Below, one piece after another: positions 22,184-33,422 of a DNA stretch of 64,000 nucleotides. Numbering within the stretch: position 1 is the stretch's first letter; every line of letters begins with the position of its first letter. Source of the stretch: Gammaproteobacteria bacterium. Lineage in GTDB: Bacteria; Pseudomonadota; Gammaproteobacteria; CAJXQU01. The position numbers and the translations under genes were made by a program. The stretch lies in NCBI GenBank assembly GCA_965238175.1, contig CBDEGZ010000003.1:1312001-1376000 (forward strand). Direction: 5' to 3'. The notes under the pieces were generated by a model, which ran no database searches, was not told the origin of the DNA, and saw only the letters and a list, made by a program, of their open reading frames with translations.

Positions 22184-22365
22184 TGTAGTGGTCTAATAAT
22201 TTTGAACAAATCTCAAGGGCTATACTAATGAACCGAAGACAACGCGTGAATTTTTCAACCGAGCAGAAAATTAGAATATGCTAAGTTGATGGTCAACGAA
22301 GGTTATGCCAATCAACGAATCAGATCTCTCTGGAGCAGGTTCAGGTTCAACCGCCGTATCTTGAG
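22184..22365 (+). mobile_element. Relic of a second IS3-family element (left IR plus decayed orfA)
   Basis: TGTAGTGGTCTAATAATTTTGAACA end; MNRRQRVNFSTEQK/LEYAKLMVNEGY from 22228. Confidence 0.65.
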
Positions 22366-22370
22366 GAGAT

Positions 22371-23387
22371 TTAAGAGTTTCTGTCGACGGCAAAATCGGC
22401 TAGGGTAGTCAGGGCTGCTTTATAAGGCGAAGGAGGTAAGTCTTTCAGGCTTTCAACAGCTTTTGTTGATTCAAGTCTTGCACAGTTTGTTGTATAAGCG
22501 AGTGCCCCTGTTTCTTCTATAGCAGTCATAACCTCTTCAATTTGATCCCGGCCACCTGTTTCGATGGCTTTTTTGATCAGTTTATTTTGAGACTTGGTAC
22601 CGTTCCACATGGCATAAAGGAGTGGTAAAGTTGGTTTGCCTTCTGCCAGATCGTCACCGACATTTTTACCTAATTCGTCAACGTCTGAACTATAGTCCAG
22701 AACATCATCAACCAGTTGAAAAGCGGTGCCGAGATGGCGGCCAAAGCGTGCAGCATTTTCTTCTCGTTTTTTGTTTGAATCGCAGATCACCGCACCAAGG
22801 CGCGTTGCAGCTTCAAATAATTTAGCGGTTTTATGGCGAATTGTTTCCAGATAACGTTGTTCTGTGGTGTCAGGGTCATTGCAATTGATCAGTTGCATGA
22901 CTTCACCTTCTGCAATGGTATTTGTTGTATCTGCAAGCACAGACATAACTTGCATATTTTTCATGCTCACCATCATTTGAAATGAACGCGAATAGAGAAA
23001 GTCTCCAACCAGCACACTGGCCTCATTTCCCCAAATTTCATTGGCTGTTTTTCGGCCACGTCGCATTGCTGAATCGTCAACCACATCATCATGTAGCAAT
23101 GTGGCTGTGTGAATAAACTCGATGATTGCTGCGATGTTGAGGTGGTTAGTACCGTGATAACCATGCACACGAGCACTGAGTAGCGCCAGAATTGGTCGGA
23201 GACGTTTGCCGCCACTATTGACTATGTAATGGCCTAACTGGTTTATCAGAGCAACTTCAGAATAAAGGCTCTCATGAATGAGCCGATTGACGCTGTTCAT
23301 ATCATCCGAAATCAGATCACGAATATCATCTATCGTTTTTATCTCTACTTGTTCGTGAAGTGGTATTAAGTTCATCATGATGGCCAT
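22371..23387 (-). CDS. ispB: Octaprenyl diphosphate synthase
   Basis: GGKRLRP, HDDVVD, FQLVDDVLD; divergent from rplU. Confidence 0.96.
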   Translation of the reverse strand: MAIMMNLIPLHEQVEIKTIDDIRDLISDDMNSVNRLIHESLYSEVALINQLGHYIVNSGGKRLRPILALLSARVHGYHGTNHLNIAAIIEFIHTATLLHDDVVDDSAMRRGRKTANEIWGNEASVLVGDFLYSRSFQMMVSMKNMQVMSVLADTTNTIAEGEVMQLINCNDPDTTEQRYLETIRHKTAKLFEAATRLGAVICDSNKKREENAARFGRHLGTAFQLVDDVLDYSSDVDELGKNVGDDLAEGKPTLPLLYAMWNGTKSQNKLIKKAIETGGRDQIEEVMTAIEETGALAYTTNCARLESTKAVESLKDLPPSPYKAALTTLADFAVDRNS

Positions 23388-23535
23388 TCTGCCAAGATGT
23401 TGGATGACATGCCATACTTTTGCACTTTTTTGTCATTGAATGGCTTTGTTGCCTTGTAACAGAAGGGTTTATTCCGTAAAATTACCCGGCTTTGATTTAG
23501 ACATTACATTTCAGTCAGTTTGGGAGCTAGTTCAC

Positions 23536-24189
23536 ATGTACGCAGTAATAAAGACGGGCGGAAAACAATATAAGGTCAGCGAAGGGGATATTCTCCGCGT
23601 TGAAAAACTGGATGCTGAAGAAGGCGCCACTGTTGAGTTGGGTGATGTTTTGATGCTTGGTGATGAGAGCGACATTCAGGTCGGCGCACCGATGATTGAA
23701 GGGGCTCATGTATCAGCGACCGTTAAATCGCAAGGTCGTGGTAAGAAAGTGACTATCATCAAATTCAAACGCCGCAAGCATCATCGTAAGCAGATGGGAC
23801 ACCGGCAGTCTTTCACTGAGCTTGAAATTACCGGCGTTTCAGTAACAGGTGGCACAAAAAAAGCTGCTCCAGCAAAAGCAGTGGCGAAGCCTGCGGCTAA
23901 GAAAGCAGCACCTGAAAAATCAACAGCTACAACTAGTTTCCTGAGTGCACCAGATGGCGAAGCCGATGATTTGAAACTGATTTCAGGTGTTGGTCCGAAA
24001 CTTGAAGAAAAATTAAATGCATTTGGTATTTATCATTTCCATCAAATTGCTAACTTCACTGCAGAAGATATTTTGAAAGTAGATGAAGGTTTAAACTTCA
24101 AAGGCCGAATTGAACGAGATGACTGGTTAAGCCAGGCAAAAATTCTGGCTGACGGTGGCGAAACTGAATTCAGTAAGAAAAAGAAATAA
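23536..24189 (+). CDS. rplU: 50S ribosomal protein L21 with C-terminal extension
   Basis: [14 protein letters not shown]...GHRQSFT; real ATG at 23536; Ala/Lys linker plus [14 protein letters not shown] domain. Confidence 0.96.
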   Translation: MYAVIKTGGKQYKVSEGDILRVEKLDAEEGATVELGDVLMLGDESDIQVGAPMIEGAHVSATVKSQGRGKKVTIIKFKRRKHHRKQMGHRQSFTELEITGVSVTGGTKKAAPAKAVAKPAAKKAAPEKSTATTSFLSAPDGEADDLKLISGVGPKLEEKLNAFGIYHFHQIANFTAEDILKVDEGLNFKGRIERDDWLSQAKILADGGETEFSKKKK

Positions 24190-24206
24190 TTTTGGAGAAT
24201 AGTTAA

Positions 24207-24470
24207 ATGGCTCATAAGAAAGCAGGTGGTAGTACACGCAACGGTCGCGATTCGGAGTCGAAACGACTTGGTGTAAAACGCTTTGGTGGTGAAATGGTTA
24301 AAGCCGGTAATATTTTGCTCAGACAACGCGGAACACGTGTTCACCCTGGGGTAAATGTAGGAATAGGCCGAGACCACACGCTTTTCGCCAAAGAAGACGG
24401 AACCGTAAAGTTTGAAGTTAAAGGTATAAAAAATCGTACTTTTATCAGTGTGACACCAGCTTCTGCATAA
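24207..24470 (+). CDS. rpmA: 50S ribosomal protein L27
   Basis: [16 protein letters not shown]. Confidence 0.99.
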   Translation: MAHKKAGGSTRNGRDSESKRLGVKRFGGEMVKAGNILLRQRGTRVHPGVNVGIGRDHTLFAKEDGTVKFEVKGIKNRTFISVTPASA

Positions 24471-24496
24471 GCGGTTCACATAAAATCTGTATGTGG

Positions 24497-24525
24497 AAAC
24501 CCCGTCTTGTGCGGGGTTTTTTTTT
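24497..24525 (+). terminator. Intrinsic terminator after rpmA
   Basis: AAACCCCG-loop-CGGGG followed by 9 T. Confidence 0.85.
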
Positions 24526-24543
24526 GCCACCTAAATAACATAA

Positions 24544-25599
<1,056 letters not shown>

Positions 25600-25669
25600 A
25601 TAAACGAATAATAGAGCAGTTAAATCAACATCAAAATAATCACAAATTTAATTAATAGATGTAATCGAC

Positions 25670-26794
25670 ATGGCCGTAAGTTCCCGACAAGATCTTTCTA
25701 AAACTCGCCGCTGGGTGATCAAGATAGGCAGTGCACTTGCGACCAATGACGGTAGTGGTTTGCGCTTGGAGTCCATAGACAAATGGGTGTCTCAAGCAGC
25801 CGAGCAAATAAAAAAAGGTACCGAAGTTATTTTTGTCACCTCTGGTTCTGTGGCGGAAGGTATTTCTCGATTGGGTATGCAAGGTAGACCTTCTTCGCTA
25901 CACGAATTACAGGCAGCAGCAGCAGTGGGGCAAATGGGGCTGGTTCAAGCCTACGAAACCTGCTTTCAACGTTATGGTATAAAAACTGCACAAGTGTTAT
26001 TAACTCACCTCGATCTAGCGCATCGCAAACGTTATCTCAATGCACGTAGTACCTTAAAAACTTTAATCGATTTGAAGGTGGTGCCAGTCGTTAATGAAAA
26101 TGACACCGTCGCAACCGATGAAATTCGTTTTGGAGATAACGATACTTTGGCCGCATTAGTCGCGAATCTAATCGATGCTGATTTGCTGGTGATTTTGACC
26201 GATCAACAAGGTTTATATAGTGCTGATCCAAGATCAAACCCTGATGCTTATTTGATTTCTGAAGGAAAAGCAGGCGATCAAAAACTCGAAGCGATGGCTG
26301 GAGAAGGTGGAAAATTAGGCCGTGGAGGTATGCGTACTAAACTTACCGCAGCATCACATGCGGCCAATTCGGGTACCGCAACAATAATTGTTTCGGGCAA
26401 TGAAGATCAAATTCTTGAGAAAATCACCAATGGTGAAGAGGTTGGAACCTTACTACTGCCTGATCAAGAACCAATTATTGCTAGAAAACGTTGGTTAGCA
26501 GGCGGTTTACAAGTAAAAGGAAAATTAATTCTTGATGACGGAGCAGTAAAAGTTTTGCAACAAAAAGGACGAAGTTTATTAGCTGTCGGCGTAAAAGATA
26601 TTGAAGGTAATTTTGATCGGGGTGAACTGGTGATCTGTGTTTCATCTTCGGGAGACGAGATCGCAAGAGGTATGAGTAATTATTCTGTAGCGGAGACAAA
26701 GAAAATTATCGGCAAAGCTAGCGATCAGTTTGAATCGATATTAGGTTATTGCGGAGATTCTGAACTAATTCACAGAGATAATATGGTGGTTTAG
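25670..26794 (+). CDS. proB: Glutamate 5-kinase
   Basis: VIKIGS, NENDTV, FGDNDTL, C-terminal PUA domain. Confidence 0.97.
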   Translation: MAVSSRQDLSKTRRWVIKIGSALATNDGSGLRLESIDKWVSQAAEQIKKGTEVIFVTSGSVAEGISRLGMQGRPSSLHELQAAAAVGQMGLVQAYETCFQRYGIKTAQVLLTHLDLAHRKRYLNARSTLKTLIDLKVVPVVNENDTVATDEIRFGDNDTLAALVANLIDADLLVILTDQQGLYSADPRSNPDAYLISEGKAGDQKLEAMAGEGGKLGRGGMRTKLTAASHAANSGTATIIVSGNEDQILEKITNGEEVGTLLLPDQEPIIARKRWLAGGLQVKGKLILDDGAVKVLQQKGRSLLAVGVKDIEGNFDRGELVICVSSSGDEIARGMSNYSVAETKKIIGKASDQFESILGYCGDSELIHRDNMVV

Positions 26795-26851
26795 TAATAA
26801 AGGGCGAAGCTTAATATCCAGATGAATAGTAAGCTTTATATAGTTAGGCAT

Positions 26852-26888
26852 AAAAAATCCCCGGCTCATAACAACAAGCCGGGGATTT
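26852..26888 (-). terminator. Intrinsic terminator of rpsT (between convergent proB and rpsT)
   Basis: AAAAAATCCCCGGCT...AGCCGGGGATTT hairpin. Confidence 0.85.
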
Positions 26889-26898
26889 GATGTGAACC

Positions 26899-27159
26899 TT
26901 ATAGACTTTGTAGCTTGGCGCTTAGGCGACTTTTATGTCGAGCAGCTTTATTTTTGTGAATTAAGCCTTTGTTTGCCATGCGATCAATCACAGGAACGGC
27001 TTCTTTATAAGCGGCTTCTGCTGATGCTTTATCATTTGCATCTACTGCATATAATACTTTCTTAAGAACAGTACGGAATCTTGAGCGTTGGCCAGAGTTC
27101 CTCGCGTAATTCGTATCGGCTTGTCGGGCGCGTTTTCTGGCTTGTGCTGAGTTTGCCAA
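26899..27159 (-). CDS. rpsT: 30S ribosomal protein S20
   Basis: [13 protein letters not shown]...[13 protein letters not shown]. Confidence 0.98.
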   Translation of the reverse strand: MANSAQARKRARQADTNYARNSGQRSRFRTVLKKVLYAVDANDKASAEAAYKEAVPVIDRMANKGLIHKNKAARHKSRLSAKLQSL

Positions 27160-27289
27160 TGTAATAAATCTCCTAATCTGAAACTGGGAAGCCCTGCTGG
27201 GCGTAAAAACGCGTAACTATGCGTATTTTGGACACATTTGTCAATCTCTATGCTATTGTTTCGCCACTTTTTAGATGCATGATTAATAG

Positions 27290-28825
27290 ATGAGTCGCAA
27301 ACTACTTCATTCTACCGCTATTGTCGGCGCGATGACGATGATTTCAAGAGTTCTTGGTCTGGTGCGTGATCGTGCAATTGCACAGTATTTTGGCGCAAGC
27401 GTTGGTGCAGATGCTTTTTTTGTTGCGTTTAAAGTACCTAATTTTCTGCGTCGTTTATTTGCCGAAGGTGCCTTTTCACAAGCTTTTGTACCGATCCTCT
27501 CGGAATATCGATCACAAAAAACACATGATGAGACACAATCATTAATCAATAATGTCGCTGGCACCTTAGGACTCGTATTAACCATCATTACGATTTTAGG
27601 CGTACTTGGAGCGCCGATTTTGATCACCATTTTCGCTCCTGGTTTTCTTGACGATACTGAAAAATTTGATCTCACCGTTTCCTTATTACGGATTACCTTT
27701 CCGTATATACTATTTATTTCGTTAACAGCACTTGCCGCCGGCGTGCTTAATACCTACAAACATTTTGCCGGACCTGCATTGACACCGGTGTTTTTGAACT
27801 TGTCTATTATCGGCGCATCACTCTGGTTAGCGCCGAAGTTAGATCAACCAGTGATGGCATTAGCATGGGGTGTTTTCATTGGTGGGGTTATTCAGCTTTT
27901 ATTTCAATTTCCATTTTTACGAAGGTTAAGGTTAATTCCTCGACCAAGCTTCAAACGTGATGATGGTGTACGGCGAATTCTTAAATTAATGGGTCCAGCG
28001 ATTTTCGGCGTATCGGTTTCCCAGATCAATTTATTATTTGATACTTTGATCGCTTCATTTTTGATCACAGGCAGTGTCTCCTGGCTTTATTATGCTGATC
28101 GAATGTTGGAGTTTCCACTCGGTGTTTTTGGAATTGCGCTTGGTGTGGTGATCCTTCCGAACTTATCAGAAAAGCATGCACAAGGTTCTAAAGAGAAATT
28201 TTCCAGAATACTCGACTGGGCGTTTCGCTGGGTTGTAATCATAGGACTACCCGCCACGCTTGGTTTGGCATTGTTGGCCGAGCCTATGCTTTGCACCTTG
28301 TTCCAATATGGAGAATTCTCTGAGCAGGATGTCGCGTTATCCAGCAAGGCATTGGTTGCCTATTCGTTTGGATTGTTGGGTTTTATCTTAATCAAAGTAC
28401 TCGCGCCGGGTTATTACTCACGGCAAGATACAAAAACACCAGTGCGAATTGGAATTATCGCAATGGTCTCAAATATGATCTTGAACGTGATCTTTGTTTT
28501 CCCACTCGCACATGCAGGTCTTGCTTTAGCGACCTCCATATCCGCATTTATCAATGCAGGGTTACTTTATCGAGGCTTACGCAAAGCAGGTGTTTATCAA
28601 CCAGAATCAGGTTGGATGAAGGTTTTGATCAAAGTCGCTATTGCGGGAAGTCTGATGGCTTTGACCCTCTGGATCTATGTACCGGAATTACCTCAATGGA
28701 TACAATGGTCGGGGTTGGAACGTACAGTACAACTCGGTAAATGGATTAGTATTGGTGGTGCTATTTATGTTGGAACGCTGTTTTTGCTTGGGGTCAGATG
28801 GCGAGATCTGAATTTGTCGACTTGA
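27290..28825 (+). CDS. murJ: Lipid II flippase MurJ
   Basis: SRVLGLVRD, PNFLRRLFAEGAFSQAFVP; divergent from rpsT. Confidence 0.97.
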   Translation: MSRKLLHSTAIVGAMTMISRVLGLVRDRAIAQYFGASVGADAFFVAFKVPNFLRRLFAEGAFSQAFVPILSEYRSQKTHDETQSLINNVAGTLGLVLTIITILGVLGAPILITIFAPGFLDDTEKFDLTVSLLRITFPYILFISLTALAAGVLNTYKHFAGPALTPVFLNLSIIGASLWLAPKLDQPVMALAWGVFIGGVIQLLFQFPFLRRLRLIPRPSFKRDDGVRRILKLMGPAIFGVSVSQINLLFDTLIASFLITGSVSWLYYADRMLEFPLGVFGIALGVVILPNLSEKHAQGSKEKFSRILDWAFRWVVIIGLPATLGLALLAEPMLCTLFQYGEFSEQDVALSSKALVAYSFGLLGFILIKVLAPGYYSRQDTKTPVRIGIIAMVSNMILNVIFVFPLAHAGLALATSISAFINAGLLYRGLRKAGVYQPESGWMKVLIKVAIAGSLMALTLWIYVPELPQWIQWSGLERTVQLGKWISIGGAIYVGTLFLLGVRWRDLNLST

Positions 28826-28891
28826 ACTTAAAGATTTAAACCGCCTCTATACTTGTAGTGTAGAAGCTATAACGCAACAGGGAGAACAAAA

Positions 28892-29410
28892 ATGTATCTA
28901 AAAAGAATTTTATCAATATTGTTGTCATTGAGTTTCCTTTCGTCAGTGATGGTTTCGACCGCCATAGCTGGGGAATTTGATCTCGACATGAAAATGAAAA
29001 AGCTCGACGGTGAAAATGGAAGTCTTCAAGAACATGTCGGCAAAGGCAAATGGACGTTGGTCATGTTTTGGGAAACGACCTGTAGTATCTGCAAACAGCA
29101 AGAGCCGGAATACGCAAAATTTCATACAGATCATAAAGATAAGGATGCACAAGTCGTCGCCATCTCAATTGATGGAATGGATCAAGTCGAATTGATCAAA
29201 AACTACAAGCAGCAAAATGCATTACCGTATCCTGTTATGGTCACTGACAAGCCAGAAATCCGAGAAAAGTTTCTCGCCGCAACCGACGAACAATTTCGTG
29301 GTACACCGACCTATTTATTATTCTCACCGGAAGGTGAACTAAAAGCCGCTCAACCAGGGATGTTGTCGGCGACTTCGGTGGAAAATTATATTGCCAAGCA
29401 GAGTAACTAA
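28892..29410 (+). CDS. TlpA/redoxin-family thiol-disulfide oxidoreductase, exported
   Basis: Signal peptide, FWETTCSIC, GTPTYLL. Confidence 0.8.
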   Translation: MYLKRILSILLSLSFLSSVMVSTAIAGEFDLDMKMKKLDGENGSLQEHVGKGKWTLVMFWETTCSICKQQEPEYAKFHTDHKDKDAQVVAISIDGMDQVELIKNYKQQNALPYPVMVTDKPEIREKFLAATDEQFRGTPTYLLFSPEGELKAAQPGMLSATSVENYIAKQSN

Positions 29411-29619
29411 GCTATTGTTAAGTAAATCCAAGGGGGCAGCAACTGTCTTCAAAGATCAAGCCTGTTAGCAATAGTTTGTTATAAAAAGAAAGCTATCATT
29501 AATGGATTAAACCCTATGGTAACCAGCGCAGGCAGATAAAGAGATTTTCTCAGTTTGGCATAGCCCATTTAGATAATCTGGAACGATTAATTGTAGAAGT
29601 TTAGACCCAATCTGACACA

Positions 29620-29720
29620 TCACTAAATCAAGCGGAGCGTAGCGACGCTTGATTTAGTGAGAGTTACCCGCTTTGATGTAACTGCAACGTAAACATCAAA
29701 ACACAAAGAGGTAACTCTCA
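29620..29720 (+). promoter_or_regulatory. Two long hairpins in the IS481 leader; the second covers the transposase RBS/start
   Basis: TCACTAAATCAAGCG/CGCTTGATTTAGTGA (15 bp); TGAGAGTTACC/GGTAACTCTCA with inner TTTGATGT/ACATCAAA. Confidence 0.7.
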
Positions 29721-30754
29721 TGATTCATACTAATGACAAAGTTATAAAACATAAAGTTGGTCTACTCAATCTCGCTGAAGAACTCGGCAATGTCTCAAAA
29801 GCCTGCAAGATGATGGGTTTGTCCAGAGATACATTTTATCGCTACAAAGAAGCGGCTGATGAAGGCGGTGTAGAAGCCTTGTTTGATCGTAATCGGCGTA
29901 CCCCAAATCTTAAAAACAGAATCGACCCGGCTATTGAAACCGTTGTGCTCGAGTATGCACTGGAAGAGCCCGCACATGGTCAAACGCGCACCAGTAACGA
30001 GCTGCGCAAACGGGGAACATTTGTCTCACCCAGTGGCGTTCGTTGTATCTGGCTTCGTCATGGTCTTGCTTGCTTTAAAGATCGCCTGAAGGCATTGTCT
30101 GATAAGGTAGCTGGTGAAGGCTTGATCCTCACTGAGTCTCAAGTCGCGGCGATGGAACGCAAAAAAGACGACGATGAGGCTTGTGGCGAGATAGAAACGG
30201 CACACCCTGGTTATCTTGGCTCGCAAGATACTTACTATGTCGGTACTTTCAAAGGCATTGGTCGGGTTTATCAACAAACGTTTGTTGATACTTACAGCAA
30301 GGTCGCTCACGCGAAACTGTACCCGACTAAAACACCGATTACGGCAGCTGACATGCTCAATGACCGCGTCCTCCCATTCTACGAAGAACAACGTTTGCCT
30401 ATGTTGCGCATTTTGACAGATAGAGGGACGGAGTATTGTGGGCGAGCTGACCAGCATGATTATCAGCTTTATATGGCGTTGAACAATATCGAACACACCA
30501 AAACCAAGGTCAAATCACCTCAGACGAATGGTATTTGTGAGCGATTCCATAAGACGATCCTCAATGAGTTTTATCAAGTCGCTTTGCGTAAGAAAATTTA
30601 CCAATCGATTGATGAACTGCAACTCGACCTTGACGAATGGTTGCTCAAATACAATACTCAACGAACTCACCAAGGCAAAATGTGCTGCGGGAGGACGCCG
30701 ATGGAAACACTCATCGACGGACAAGCTATCTGGAAGGAAAAGTTTGTGAATTAA
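29720..30754 (+). CDS. IS481-family transposase
   Basis: Same protein as 19225-20259. Confidence 0.93.
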   Translation: MIHTNDKVIKHKVGLLNLAEELGNVSKACKMMGLSRDTFYRYKEAADEGGVEALFDRNRRTPNLKNRIDPAIETVVLEYALEEPAHGQTRTSNELRKRGTFVSPSGVRCIWLRHGLACFKDRLKALSDKVAGEGLILTESQVAAMERKKDDDEACGEIETAHPGYLGSQDTYYVGTFKGIGRVYQQTFVDTYSKVAHAKLYPTKTPITAADMLNDRVLPFYEEQRLPMLRILTDRGTEYCGRADQHDYQLYMALNNIEHTKTKVKSPQTNGICERFHKTILNEFYQVALRKKIYQSIDELQLDLDEWLLKYNTQRTHQGKMCCGRTPMETLIDGQAIWKEKFVN

Positions 30755-30923
30755 ACTTAACCTGACAGTCGGCTACTGATAATTGGGTAACTGTCAGATC
30801 AAATCTGAATTTCTACAGATTAATACTACTTCCAAACTGTTTTATGCTGGGCTGAGTCCAGCATCACTACTCATCTGTTTCGAATTATCAAACAAAGCAA
30901 TATCAATTTAACCTGCTCCTATT

Positions 30924-31030
30924 GATAATCAACAACGCATTTATCAAACATTAGATTATCAATCTCCAAATGAGTTTGAATTATTGAATGCAGCTTAATT
31001 TACCTGTCCGTTTTTATAGGTAGTTTACCC
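30924..31030 (+). mobile_element. IS3-family right-end relic
   Basis: DNQQRIYQTLDYQSPNEFELLNAA* followed by CTGTCCGTTTTTATAGG IR-like end. Confidence 0.65.
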
Positions 31031-31100
31031 TGATCTTTGTTTTATGTTTATACTTTCGTTTTAGTACTCAACCCACTATTTTTATCTCGTGTTAGCGCTT
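31031..31100 (-). repeat. Truncated attC-like cassette spacer
   Basis: Minus strand after ORF stop: GCGCTAACACGAGATAAAAATAG...; cut off by the IS3 relic. Confidence 0.45.
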
Positions 31101-31106
31101 TGTTAT

Positions 31107-31892
31107 TTAAGTTTGAGACCATTCTAATATACAGTTCTCAAAATTATTATTTCTCAAATCGTTTTCTTCTATAAGAATGTTAAAAACACCTTCATCATTA
31201 AATCCATTTTCTCCAATTTGCAAGAGAACAATTTTTGACTTCATTACCTCAAGCTTTTCTTCGCTAGATAATTGACAATTTGCGTACACACCAAAAATTT
31301 TAGATTTTTCACAACCATTAAAATCTCCCCAAATCTTTCCTTCCTTATTTAAGTTTAGAGCATTCATCTGATTTTTCTTGATGTCTTCATCACATGCACA
31401 TGTTAGTATGTTATCTTCACATTCCCAGCATTCTAAATCATCTTCATAAGGTTCTTCATAATAGTCAGAAAAAGATTCTTCGGTTGATCTAATTTTTTTT
31501 ATGAGTACCCCTAAAAAGAAATTATCTTCATGTTCAATTATTAACCGCCGCAAATTTTCATTTTCCACATCAACATAAATTACTTTTCCTTTATCTTTTA
31601 AAAGATCTGCAAAAAATATAAGCTGCCCTGTTTTTGGTAATAAACCAGTCTGGTCGTATTTAGAAATTTCTTTTAAATCCAATTGCCCTGCAAATCTCAT
31701 TTCCTCTGGGTGTTCCATATCTTTAGGTAAATCAACGACACAACCACCATAACGAGAATGACCTAATGGAATCTCTATTTCAGAATAGCTTACGCAATTA
31801 TCGCCCATCCAATCTTCCTTTTCCATGTAACTTGGATAGTATTTTTTTTCTTCTGCAGTTAATTCTATAATTTTAAATGATTCTTCTTTCAT
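31107..31892 (-). CDS. DUF1963/YwqG-like protein
   Basis: GHSRYGG..DLP, FAGQLDL, LLPKTGQLIFF, LLQIG, LRNNNFENC. Confidence 0.75.
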   Translation of the reverse strand: MKEESFKIIELTAEEKKYYPSYMEKEDWMGDNCVSYSEIEIPLGHSRYGGCVVDLPKDMEHPEEMRFAGQLDLKEISKYDQTGLLPKTGQLIFFADLLKDKGKVIYVDVENENLRRLIIEHEDNFFLGVLIKKIRSTEESFSDYYEEPYEDDLECWECEDNILTCACDEDIKKNQMNALNLNKEGKIWGDFNGCEKSKIFGVYANCQLSSEEKLEVMKSKIVLLQIGENGFNDEGVFNILIEENDLRNNNFENCILEWSQT

Positions 31893-31910
31893 AATTTTTT
31901 TATTTTTAAT

Positions 31911-32036
31911 GGCTGCGAATGATCTAGCATAAGAATAGTAGCGAGTTTTTACACACTCATTTTTTAGTTTAGCTCTGAACTTTGCTTCAAGATCAGCTTA
32001 AAATTACTTTTTTTAACTTAGTTCTTTGTTAGCACC
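31911..32036 (-). repeat. attC-like cassette spacer (decayed)
   Basis: Minus strand: GGTGCTAACAAAG...CGCTACTATTCTTATGCTAGATCATTCGCAGCC between tandem ORFs. Confidence 0.5.
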
Positions 32037-32045
32037 TGTGTTTTT

Positions 32046-32639
32046 TTAATCGTCATATGTGTCTTGAGTTTGTAATGGAAATATTTCCCAGTCATAATAT
32101 TTAACTATTGATTCTTCAAATTTGTCATTTTCTTCGTGAAATGAATGACAATGTGGAACAGGGAAGCCAAATTCCTTTTCTGTATAGCCAAATTCTTTTA
32201 TTGTTTTTTCAAATTGAACTAAAGGTCCATAAGCAAAAATAACATTGTGTTGGTCATAGACAATCAACCCATTATTATCAGTTGATCCAATCCAAATATG
32301 GTGTCTACCATCAGTTTCGAAGTAATCTTTATATTCTGTTAAAAAATCAATTAATTCTTCCTTATTTTTAAAAAGAGGAGATTGGTATCTTCCAAGTTTT
32401 TTTTGTGTTCTAGACACAACAAGAACATATAATAGATAATACGGAGAATTTACGTTTTCAATAAGCTTGCTCAAAAGTTCTACTTGATTTTTATTAGCAG
32501 AAATCTTAATCGAGCCCTCTGTTTTCTCAAAAATATTCCCATAATCAAATTCTATATCAGATTTACCAAAATCGCCTATTGAAAACTTCACTTTTCTATT
32601 ACTGTTTTCAGTTTTACAAAATGATTTTATTTTATTCAT
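32046..32639 (-). CDS. Hypothetical protein
   Basis: 197-aa ORF (FETDGRHHIW, YDQHNVIFAYG, PVPHCH). Confidence 0.7.
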   Translation of the reverse strand: MNKIKSFCKTENSNRKVKFSIGDFGKSDIEFDYGNIFEKTEGSIKISANKNQVELLSKLIENVNSPYYLLYVLVVSRTQKKLGRYQSPLFKNKEELIDFLTEYKDYFETDGRHHIWIGSTDNNGLIVYDQHNVIFAYGPLVQFEKTIKEFGYTEKEFGFPVPHCHSFHEENDKFEESIVKYYDWEIFPLQTQDTYDD

Positions 32640-32657
32640 AAATTTTATTTATTCTGA

Positions 32658-32794
32658 TTGCTGCTAACATCTCGTCCATGAGCAGTTGCGTAGATTAGCA
32701 GTTAACTTTTTAGATATACCTCGAATTAAAAATTTTGCAACACTTTTCAAAATAAGCAAGAACAAGCAGTTATTTATGACCATTGTGAGCCAAT
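32658..32794 (-). repeat. attC-like cassette spacer
   Basis: Minus strand: TGGCTCAC-AATGGTCATAAATAACTGC...GCAACTGCTCATGGACGAGAT-GTTAGCA; imperfect ~135-bp palindrome. Confidence 0.55.
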
Positions 32795-32803
32795 ATTTCC
32801 CCA

Positions 32804-33122
32804 TTATCCTCCTTGTCCATTTTCAAGATTAATGGAAAAATAATACGATGCAAAAAAAGACAGCCCAATAAATATAAAGTATAAAAGCAAAATTTTAAAA
32901 CCTTTCTTTTGTTTCAAAAATAGCCAAAAGAAGTTCAGAGTAAAAAAAGCAATTTATTATAAATAACACTGGATACATTATTGATTTTAAAAACTGCTCA
33001 AACTCTGTAAGATGCCCATCAGGGAAACCAAGTATTTTATAATCTGTATAAATTATTACTCCAAAACCTACGGTTAAAATTAGTCCAAATAAAGCCATGG
33101 GTCTTTTTAGTTTATTTTCCAA
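32804..33122 (-). pseudogene. Frameshifted small membrane protein
   Basis: ORF 32895-33122 (LGFPDGHLTE) continues in another frame to ...FSINLENGQGG* at 32804. Confidence 0.6.
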
Positions 33123-33129
33123 CTCTTTT

Positions 33130-33408
33130 TTACTCCCATGACTGGTAGTTAATATATGAATTCATTCCTATAGGTTTAAAGGTGAAGTATTCCTTCGCAC
33201 TCCCAATTCTTTTTCCCAAATACATCCTTCCATATCGACTTGGTCTATATGCAAATAAATTACTTGCTAAACTTGAGACAGAGCCATAACCATCAGAACT
33301 ATTTTCAAAGATCTGAAATCTAAATCTACAAATTGGGGTTTCTCCATTCCAGCCAATGCGCATTGGAACAAACCAAATCCAACTAAATCCAATAATTAGA
33401 ATTGACAC
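33130..33408 (-). CDS. Hypothetical protein (possibly 5'-truncated)
   Basis: 92-aa ORF co-oriented in the array. Confidence 0.45.
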   Translation of the reverse strand: MSILIIGFSWIWFVPMRIGWNGETPICRFRFQIFENSSDGYGSVSSLASNLFAYRPSRYGRMYLGKRIGSAKEYFTFKPIGMNSYINYQSWE

Positions 33409-33422
33409 AATTACTTTTGCTT

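Larger units (their letters stand above)
29592..30817 (+). mobile_element. IS481-family element, copy 2, with 7-bp target duplication GATTAAT
   Basis: GATTAAT at 29585-29591 and 30818-30824. Confidence 0.96.

Noticed and set aside
23440-23535. N-terminal extension of L21
   Set aside because: The conserved start MYAVIKTGG with GGAG RBS is at 23536
31031-32794. CRISPR array or tRNA in the intergenic repeats
   Set aside because: The repeats are long, divergent and separated by whole genes; no constant 25-40-bp repeat or cloverleaf was seen anywhere in the window
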